Under the pieces are notes generated by a model. The model was not told the DNA's origin and did no database searches. It saw only the letters and a program-made list of their open reading frames with translations. A program made the position numbers and the translations under genes. A stretch of 64,000 nucleotides of DNA from Raillietiella orientalis (lineage: Eukaryota), in the NCBI GenBank assembly GCA_036172245.1, contig JAYWIR010000003.1, positions 4,774,001 through 4,838,000 of the forward strand. Direction: 5' to 3'. Each line of letters opens with the position of its first letter. The stretch's first letter is position 1. This document shows positions 53,994-64,000 of this stretch, piece after piece.

Positions 53994-55676
53994 CGTTTCG
54001 TTCCCGGGGCGGCGGTCAGCAGGTTTTCGGAGGCGGGGGCAGCGGCGCCTAGAGATCCGTCGTCATCATTCGGTTTCCCCGGAAGGAAGAGCCACTCTGA
54101 GGAAGGGGAGGAACCCACAGTGTGGGGCGATCAGCGAGAAGAGGGCGCGGCGCCTCGTGGCACCACGGACGGAGGCAGCGAGTGGAGAGACGGACCCCGG
54201 GCCGCCGGGAAAGCGAAACGTGACCTCTCCCGATCTGCAGGCCGGGGTTCGAGCAGGAGACAGGAGTGGACTCCGGAGAGGAAAGGGGAGGGTGCTGGAA
54301 GGGAGCGCCAGCCACGTCGGCGCATCCGTCCCGGCCATTTCTTTTCCTCTTTCGTTCTTCTCCGTTGTGCCGCGAGCTGCGGCCTCGCAGCCCCCTTCTC
54401 GCGAGGGCAGGTGGGCACCCGAAGGCAACGTGGCACCGCACCGCCTGCAGCGCCGTCGCGGGCGCCCTCGGCGGCAGATCGTCGAGAGCGGATGTCCCGG
54501 TCCCCCGCCGTCGCGGGAAAGCGAGCGCGCGCTCTCTCCTATCAGCGCGGCGCCCCTTCCTTCCGCCGCCTCCTCGCTCCGTTGCCGGAAGAGTGGACGG
54601 CGCTGCCACGGGAAGTTCCGGGAAGCACGGCCTGATTCCGGGAGGAAGAGGAGGAGGTTCGAAGAACGGACCTGGGATCTCCCCCCCCCCCCCATCACAC
54701 GCACGCACTCACAACTGTCCACGCCTTGCCACGCCGCTGGATGGCACGGACCACTCCCGGATGGGGCCAAAACTCGCGACAAGGCTGCACGCCCCAAAAG
54801 CTGCACCGTCTCCCTACTCCGTTCCATGCCCAGACGTTCCCCGGAGAAGGGGTGGTCCCAAAGGCGGCGGCAACGCCGTCTCTCCGGTAGGGAATTCCGA
54901 GACGGCAGGAGGGAGAAGCGTTCCTTCCAGCCGCCCGCGCGCGCCGTACCTCTCCCCCTGCTCCTCCGGCGCGCAAACATCTGGGACGGCCTGACGGCCA
55001 TCCTCGCGCGCAAGGTGGGAGCCACGCGGGGGGCGCCATCTTTCTGCTCCCCCTTGGGACGTTTTCTCGCGTCCGCCTGTTGCGCAGCGCGACGACGGAA
55101 AGCAGACGCAAGCATCTCTCTCATCCCAGACACAAAGATGAGGACGCACCGACACGCGGACACAAAATCCTGGCCGGTATCCACACTGGGGGTCCGGGTT
55201 GGAAGGAAGGGGAGAGGGAGGGGGAGGGGAAGGTATGTCGGGGGGCGATTCTCGCTGGAGGTCCGTAACGCCACGTAGACACACATGCACGCACAGATGC
55301 ACCCGCTCCAGATCACATCCGCTTCGTTGCCACGCAACAATAACGAAACGTATGTGCTACAGAACTGGACTGCCCCTCCGTGTACCCGCTTTCCCCTGTT
55401 CTTGTACCTCTGCGATACTGACGTGTTCCGTCCACGCGCGCGCAGAAAAGCGGATCAATAAAGAACGGGGCGAAGAGGTCGGTGGTTCGGTCCCTTTAAC
55501 CTGCCACCTTGAAGTGGATGGGTAGGGGGGCTGGCAGATGCGCACATGGCGGCACGCGCAACGTACCCCCCCCCCCCCCCCCCAAAAAAAAAAAAGAAAA
55601 AAGTGTGTGCACGCACAGCAATGACAGCACACGTGATTTGTATAGAGACACGTGTCTATAAACTCTGTATTTGATA

Positions 55677-57924
55677 TCACAATTTTCGAGGAAGATGAAC
55701 GTCAGCAGAAACACCGTCTTCGTTTGGTTCTGGCACAGAGCTGGAACGAAAAGCTGAATGAGATCTGCGTCCGTGCTCGTCCCTGCTCCCCTCCCTTTTC
55801 CTCCTCCTCTACCAGAGTGTGGAGAGGGGGGAAAGAAACAAAGGGGAGGAAGCGGGAGCGGGGACCGGTGTGAAGCAAGGGGGAGGGGGGACCGGAGGAT
55901 GAGGAGGCTGAACGGCGACTTACGAGGTGGGCTCTTCGTACTGGATGTTCGTGTACTCGGAATGCGCGTGCTGCTCCGCCGCGCGGCGCTGGCGCACGGT
56001 GTCGATGTGGTGCCGCACGGCCAAGTACACGAATTCGTACTGCGCCTCGGTCTGCACCATGCCGGACCGCTGGGCGCGCAGGTGCTGCGTCGTGCGTTGG
56101 ATGTCGATGTCGCAGCCGAGTCCTTCCCGCCGCACCTGCTCCAGGATCAGGTCGATCACGATGAAGGTGCCGGTGCGCCCGATGCCGGCGCTGCAGTGGA
56201 CGACGACGGGACCGTTGCTGTCGCAGGACTCGTAGCAGCGGTTCACTTCGTACAGGAAGTTCAGAACAACTCCGGGATCACTGGGCACTCCGTGGTCCGG
56301 CCACGCCTGGCGAGGGGATACTTGAACTTACTTTGAAAAATAAAAATAGGATGAAATACAACAAAGCGATAGAGAGAGAGGGGGGGAGGGGAGGGGGAGG
56401 AAGAAGACCTCCGTTGGTCGGCTCATTCAACGCCTGGAAAATTCGAAATCTCACCAAAAAGTGGTACTGGTGGATGGTGTGCGGCGAGTCCGCCTTATCA
56501 CAACTCAGCTCAAATTCGCGCATGCAGTAGTCTTTGGCCACCACCTCGCGGACGTTGCGGATGGTGAACCGGCCCGTCACCAGGACGGTCTCCTGGTTGG
56601 GCCAGTAACGGGCGCATTTGTTCTTCGAGCGCTCCGTCTCCCGGGTGATCATCACGATGATCCTGGAGTTCTCCTGCCACATCATGCGCCAGAAGTCGGT
56701 GACCGTGCCTGGCAAGCAGCCCTGGGTGGCTATGTACTTTTTGGCATTGGGCGGAGCTTCCGGAAGAGGCCTGATGTGGTTCGCGTTGATGTAGTCTCCT
56801 CCAGGCACTTTGGAGTCCTCGTCGGCCAACAGGACGCGCGTGTGGTCGACTTCAGGCGCGGAAAAAAAAACAAAACAAGAGGAAAAATGAGGAATTGCTG
56901 CTCTCCAGCAGTTCCCTCTCCCCTCCAAAGTGGACCACTCACATGGAACGATATTCTTGTAACGGTTCTTGGCCCGGTTGTCTGGACGCTGCCCCTCCTT
57001 GGCCTCGTAGATGTACTTGTACTCCTGCTTCTGCAGCGCCTCGAACTCCTCCCAGAACCCGGCCTTCCCGGAACTCCCCGTGGCGCCATTCTCCCGCTGC
57101 AGCTGCTGCACGCGCGCGTCGATGTCTCGGGCGCTGATCCGCGTGGCATTGAAGGGGTGGTTCAGGTACACGACGATCCCGGAAGTGACGATCATTGGGT
57201 TCTGGCGGTAGTGGTCGATGAGCTCGGTGAGGCTGTCAAACTGTGGACCACCGCCGACGTCGTACAGGCCGTCCTGGCACCGAATCATGAGATGCGTCAC
57301 GTTGTTGTCCGTGCGCACGGACAGCACGTAGTCCCCGGGTTTCGACTGCGACTCGCGCACCAGGAAGCTGCCCGTGTAGCCCTTTTCTGTCAAGCACTGC
57401 TCGGCGTCTCGCCCCCTCATCTGCCCGTGGAACCAGCTGGAGACGGAGATTCCGCCCTTCGCAAGGACGCGCGGACCTCCACCACGAAAATCCTCACCGC
57501 TCCGTGGTCGGGTCGGCACAGTTCAGCGGGAAACGCAGCTCGATGATATCCCCGTTCCTCTCCCTCAACTGCCCACGATTTTCCATGTAGAACTGCACTA
57601 ATTCTGTCAGCGTCGCGAACTTCTCTCCTCCGTAGAGATCATAGAAATCGCCCATATTCTGGATTTTGATGTGCGTCACCGTGTTGTTCCGCCTGAGAAG
57701 GGAAGGAAGGTTTGCTTTTTCTCTTTTTCCCCCCTTTTTTGTTTTTTTCTCTCTCTCTCCTCCGGTTTGGTATATTCTAGGATCCGTGGATGTCTACGCA
57801 CCTGACTGTAAGCGTGAAATCACCTGGATTGCTGCTGCTGTGCCGTGCCAAGAAACTGCCATCCACACCCCGTTCTGTCAATAGAGTTTCTGCCTGAATG
57901 CCGTTCAGATTCGGATGAAACCAC
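55677..57924 (-). CDS. PTPN11: SH2-SH2-PTP tyrosine phosphatase, SHP2/PTPN11 (corkscrew/ptp-2) orthologue; start exon unresolved
   Basis: Exons 57924-57802, 57692-57498, 57436-56943, 56849-56455, 56306-55924 and probably 55740-55677 (or read-through to the stop at 55920); phases consistent. Two SH2 domains (WFHP..FLARHS; WFHG..FLVRES), [33 protein letters not shown] and tail EYTNI. Confidence 0.95.
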
Positions 57925-58113
57925 CTGCATATCACAATAGGTAACTGAAGATATCTCTTATCGAAATATAGAAAGAAAAAAAAAAAAACTGAATGCCAAT
58001 TAAATTATTTTAATCGTGGACGATGCTTTGTTTTGAAAGGGTGCGTTACTACTCGCCTGAGGAAGCACTCGGAGCGCACGACAGTCGAGCTTAATCGTTT
58101 GAAAGTTTAGCCG

Positions 58114-58149
<36 letters not shown>

Positions 58150-60515
58150 TCTCTCTTTTTTGGCAAACGAAAAAAAAACAACTACAACAGCGTCGGTGCC
58201 ATCGGTGTCCGACTTCTGAAAGCACATCACAACTGTTACTGGCTGCCACTCGCTAAGGTCTTTGGATTAAAACCTACGAAAACGATAAACAAAGGAAACG
58301 GATCGACACGGCGAAACCATTCATCATATCTTAGTGAGAGATCACCAACTTCCGTGCTTCGGGATACCCTCCGAAACGCACATGTCTGCAACAGAAGCTG
58401 TGCCATCTCTTTGTTTATAGCTTTCCGGGGCAAGAATTCGAAACCTCACGTGGCCTGGGCGTTTATTTGCATTAGTTATCATCAAAAGTATTCGCAAGTG
58501 CAGCTCGTGTCTCTAGGCCAACTATATATAAGAGATCGATTTTTATGCGGGGAAACGCCTACGACTCCGTGGTCGGGTCCAAAAAAGAAAATCCGGAAAT
58601 TCTGCGTCGATGATGGCCTACTATGGTCAACGACAAGGCAATGTGGCATTACTTGATAGCATGCAATTCAATTCAAGTTCACAATTTCTTAGATTACCTC
58701 ATTCCAGAACGGTTACCCTCCTTTGCAACATGATTCAAATATTGGATGCCTCGCTTGGTAAGGCAAAACAATACAAACACTCTTTTAATTCCAGTTCCCA
58801 AAGTTCACACACAAAACTTTGGTCGGGAAGACATGAGAAGCTTGTTTGCACCTCAAAAGGCAATAAAAGTTTTCTAATTGTAACACCTGTTCGTTGTTGA
58901 ATTTAATTCCAACTTTCACAAATTATCAAAAGTTCTTATTTCTTAATGAGTTTCAACTGCTTTTTTTTTGCAATTTCAAACTAATTTTGGCCAATGTACA
59001 TTGGCACACAAGGGCAACCTACACTTGAATATCCATCCTGATCATCTGAAATCTGACACACCCATTACACAGTATTTGTAAAATGGCACAATAATTACTT
59101 TCACAAGGCACAATGAACACAGCTTGCTTTATACTGGCATAACAGTATGAAGCAACAGGGCACATTTGCAAACAAATGCTATTCACATAATCTGTCACAA
59201 GAATGAACAAGCTGTAACTCTATTAATTGGAATGTACAGCAAAATTTAGAGTTGCATAATAACAAAAACAGTAGCAGCACAAGAAAATGCAAAGCATAAT
59301 TCCTGAATATGCAAAAATTCCACCGAAATGTGAGGTTCCCATATTTGAGTTTAAGGTCATTTCAAAGCAAGACACAAATGAATTCTTAAAACACATGCCT
59401 CTTTTGAGGCAAAAAGATTACAAGATACAGACTCTATTATCATATTTGTCCAGAAGTATGTGCACACTCATTCTACAAAATTTAACTGTCACTAACCAAT
59501 CTAACTAACTGAAAGACAACTGCATCTTTGTCTGAATAAATAATGGCAACAATTCAGCAGCATGCTTCAAAATCATTTTAATTAGATGATCCATTTACAT
59601 GAAAGAAAGAATTGTATGCATCTTCAGAATTCACATGTAAATGCAAGTTAATACATAACAGATGTGAGTGTGCATGTGAGAAATTACTGCTTGTTAATCA
59701 TAGATATATGTGTTATCATGTTGGTGTTTGAACTTGTATGCTGCTGTAGCCTAAAACACAGGTATGGTAGTATATAAATCCTATACTTACAACAGTTCAC
59801 ACCCACAATGTCAATGGTGCACAGAAAGATCATGATAAAACGCTTCTTTCTTTGATTGTATACACTTGCATCAACTATGGATGCATATCTTATCAACCTG
59901 TGATTCTGAAATTCACCAAGGAAATCTCTGCTATCGCCATGGAGACTTCAGCATATCACATTTACAAAAAATGGGCAGTCTAATGGATCACCAACTTGCA
60001 AGACTGATTGGCATATTTACACAAACCACAACGAATTCACCAAAAAAATGGGAAAAATGTAAATTTTTTACAACTGGTTTTTCCTTATAGTACATTTGGT
60101 GTACTCCAAAAAATGAAACTCTAGGATTATCTTCCCAATCGAGTAATAGGCTGAAGTACGTTAAAGTGCAACATTACATCATCATACAATTAAAAAAGTA
60201 GCAACACGAATTCTTTGGCCTTTCCCATCAAAAAATACGTTCCAAACCATGAAGAGCAGAATCACCTTGCTGCTGCAAATTGACACTGGCAACGTGGTTA
60301 TTGCTAGGACACTTATTTTTCATGTTTTCCTCTTAAAGGTACCCCGATTCATGCTGGCAGTGAAGACAAAACAGAGGCAGTGTTCCTGGCTTTCCTTAAT
60401 GGTCATAAACTACTCACTATCGAACTTGTCACACACGGACGGGCAACACATTCGGTGCACTTACACATTCACCACAAAAACAAACTGCTCCCTTCTCTAA
60501 CACAAGAACATAACC

Positions 60516-60516
<1 letters not shown>

Positions 60517-60549
<33 letters not shown>
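60517..60549. repeat. Poly(A) tract, 33 nt
   Basis: Read directly. Confidence 0.9.
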
Positions 60550-60552
<3 letters not shown>

Positions 60553-63500
60553 AACACACAAGTACGATCAACTGTTGAATATCTTGTGCAAATAGGTGAT
60601 TAAGATTACCAGCAATGCAAAAAGGAAATCTTTCGATTTGGCAGGCCCGTGATGGAAAACCTTTACGAACTTCCTCATCATTTCGAAATAACAGCCCTCC
60701 TTATATCGGATTTCTGCGGGGAAACAAGAAAAACTATCCGCTGATGCTGAGCAGCGGACGAGCCATTTATTTTTACGATTTCCGAAATCCCGTCCCGATT
60801 TTTTTTTCCCCTGGCGAATCTTCGCCCAACAGGCAACCTGGAAGAGCCAAAAGGAACTTTCGAAACCATCGCGGGATGCACTCGGAGGAGTTCTGGAGCG
60901 ACTTCCGGTCGCTGCTTCTGCCTGCTGTTCGTTCCAGAACTGACGACAGCTCTCGAGGAGTCCCCCACCGATCGTGGTCGGGAATCCTCCCACATGGTGT
61001 CATCGAGATTGCCATGGCAGCAACCGACGACAACGAATGCATCCGAGAGATGAATTCCGCTGATGGACTTGGCATGCATTTAGAAGAAGCAGCCGAGTCC
61101 TCGGTTTCCCTGACGTACGGAGAGAATGCCGGTTTGGCTTGCCCTCTCTGTTCGAATGGAGGAAGAATCTCTCCGCAGAGAGACCGAAACGTTCCCATAA
61201 CACAATCACGAGGGATCCAAGCAGCTGGTCATCGGTGAACCTACCTTTTGAGTGTCTTGAAATTCTGCAGGCATGTCCTTGGAAACGCTCACTGTTCAGG
61301 TCCACAGCATTCTCTACCCTCTCCCCGAATCCCACAGACCACTGACGGGAGGAACAGAGCTTCGTAAGCCGGACTCCAGCTGTCGAAACCACGTTGTTTT
61401 TGCATCGTTCGAGTCGTTCCTTCTTCTAAGGGAATCCTCCAGAGGTAACTTCCGGTGCGCATACAAGGTATTTGTTTCTACATCCCCATTGTGAGCAGAT
61501 CAGCAAGGTCAACATTTTGACGATGTTTTGCTTTGGAAGAGGGCTGCTGTGCATATAGAGAGTCGTGTAGATAGAAGGGCACGTCGCTTTCATACCAAAA
61601 ATTATTCCTTATGAGCTTTTAGTATATGTACCGTCGAAGCAGATATTACCTGACGCCAGTCCTTTTCACCCACGTCCTCCCCCGCTCATGCTAAGCTCCC
61701 TTACCCTCCTATCCCGGTTGGCGCCCAACGTGGAGCACGTATCTACCATGCCGCTTTCCATCTTTATGGCATCAAGATATAGACTATGATGTGTGTTCCA
61801 AAATGCAACGAAATCCATTGGAATTTAGTTCCCGCTAATGACGCCGCCGTGTTCTTGTGTATGTTTGGGAATGGAATCTTTTGTCTGCCACAAGAAGACA
61901 TGCTTGCAAGATGTTGTTAAAGCTCTTCTAAATCCTACGCTGACAGAGTCAGTGAGTGAGTGAATGGAATGGAATGGTTTGTCAGACTCGCTCTCTTACG
62001 GGTTGCTTCTAATAATCTCCTTCTAAAAGCATCGTAAAACATAGCGCAAGGGTTTATATCATTTCTGGTGTGAGACTGAATCCCATTCTGTTGTTTCGGT
62101 GCATATTAAGAGTTTTCATTTCTGATTCACGGGAGGGTGCAACGTGCATCCTTTTGAAATCAGTGGCGCAGCTTTCCACAGATGCTGTTTTTTAATGGGA
62201 GTAGAGTTGGCAGTGAAATTCGAAAGGACATTCACTAACTCAGCCGGTGAAATTCCCAAGGCTCACGAAAACCGTGTCGCTCGTTTCCTTGAGCACACTG
62301 TAATGATGATGATGATTCGATTACAATGGTGTGGATTGACTTCCTCGAGAGGTTGGAATTTTATAGTCAGGGGCGATTCATTTTTCAGACAGAGATCTGA
62401 CGTGCAAAAGCTTCATGAGCTCAGCATCTTCATAAGATGAGGGCATTGTTGGAGCATTTTGAAACAAATAGGGGTAGATGCTAGGATGGCGATGAGATCC
62501 GAGGGGGGGGGGACTCTTCTTTTTTTTTTTATAGCCCTAGTCATTGAAGTAAATCTTTTTGTTTTCCAACAGAAAGAGAGTGGTCCACATGAAGGTCACG
62601 TGAAAAGAACTTTCTCGGGCATTCTTCCAGCTGTCCCAGACGCAGGTTTGGCGCATCGCGAGCCGCGAATCCGAGATGCTCCGGCTGCGGTCTCATTCCG
62701 AGAAGCCTTGGCGTCGCGCACGGATCTCCTCCGCCAGACGCACGGATGTCTGCAGCATCGGCGGCCGGGACGCTCCTGCTCTGCCGTGTCCGGCAGCGAG
62801 GGAGGGAGGAAAAGGAGTTATCATCCCGGCACGAGCCGGTCCCCTTCTGCATTTCGGGCCGGAAGTCCCCCCGGAACGGGGTGAATTCCGGCCCCCGCCT
62901 TGCCGGGAGGAAACGGGAAGCAGCTGACGAGTCGCCGTGATGACGAAGAACGCAGGGGTACCTGCGGGAGGGCCGCCGTTCGTCCGCGGAAGAATGGGCT
63001 CCAGCAGCTCAGGACACTCAAAGCAGGAGCAGGAGCAAACCGCAAGAGGAAAGGGAGCAGGCGACCCCTCTTGGGGTGGCACGAGCGCGAGAGTCCACAC
63101 TCTTCGGGAAGACAGAAAGGACACTGGAACGAGGAGACGGGGTCGCGGAGGAGCTCTTCGTGTCCTCCTCTGAAACGTGTTCCTGGACGCTGGAAGACCC
63201 TCTGGGAGTATCCGCGTTCTTCTTCGGAGGGACCCGGACTCTGCCAGAGGCGCTCCTCCCCATCGCACCCTAGAAGGGCGCTGTCCGAAAAGGCCAGAGG
63301 AGAGTCCTTCCCCCCCTTCTGGTCCCTGAGCGACGGGGAACGGGCATCCCTTGGAGAAAGGGAGGACGACAGGAGTCCTGGGGCAATGCGTGGGTGGCGC
63401 GGCTCCCTCGGAGAAAGGGATCGGAGGAGAGTCCGCTCCGAGTCGGCCCTCGTCCGTCTCTCCGTTGGTCCTCGGGCAGCGCCATGCAGCGTTCGCAGCA

Positions 63501-64000
63501 GACCAGGCGGCGATACTCCTCTCCAGGGTTTGCCCAGCGGTCCAGGAGTCCCAGGGGCGCTCGACTGCTACCTCCTCTCCTCGAGGCGGCCGCGAGGGGA
63601 GGGAGGGAGGCAGAGCACGGGGACTCGGAAAGGAAATCCGGGGCTGCAGGCGGGCCGTGGAGGTGGCGCCCCGGTCCAGGGGAGAGCCGCCACGACACGT
63701 CGTCGTTCGAGGACCAGGATGGCGCTCGCGGCGGCGAGGACGAAAGGAGGGAAAAGGGTGGAGGGACTGCTGGCAACCAGTCCCGTGCCTTCCCTCCCTC
63801 CCTCCCTCTCTCTCGCTTCCGGCGCACATCCTCCTCTGGGACGCTCCAGGCGCAGCCACCCGTTCCCTAGGATCGGAAGCAGGGGTCCTCGCCTGGGCAG
63901 AGGGAGGAAGGAGGGAGCTTCACGGGAGGAGGGGCAGCAGAGGGGATAGGCAAAGGTCGGAGCCCCCCATCCCTGCCCTCCCTCTGGCGGAGACGCCCGC

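Noticed and set aside
58713..58732. ATG TTG CAA AGG AGG|gtaacc (MLQRR) as the SHP2 first exon
   Set aside because: The donor is phase 0 but the next exon needs phase 2, so the join is out of frame.

Overview
Eukaryotic (animal) genomic DNA, not prokaryotic. Very short 44-130 bp introns, a TTTCAG-type acceptor just before an ATG and tightly packed genes suggest a compact invertebrate genome, probably a nematode (inference). The window has three compositional domains: AT-rich (1-~9.3 kb), very GC- and CpG-rich (~9.3-57.7 kb), and AT-rich again (~58-60.6 kb) before GC rises towards the end. Genes I could splice together with consistent phases: TUSC2/FUS1 (+) and a RASSF (RA+SARAH) gene (-), tail-to-tail with 13 bp between the stops; an orphan single-pass membrane protein (-); Wnt4 (+, 5 exons); unc-104/KIF1A kinesin-3 (-, 28 exons, ~1716 aa); and an SHP2/PTPN11 phosphatase (-). 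Several further putative genes are not recognisable. The most notable signals are TUSC2-RASSF adjacency as at human 3p21.3, a nad4-like NUMT in GC-rich DNA, two GC-AG introns and a hidden ATG-initiated exon in unc-104, a mosaic CpG-depletion pattern, and Wnt4 loop insertions. Most ORF-track entries in the GC-rich domain are spurious. Homologue comparisons are from memory, not from searches.
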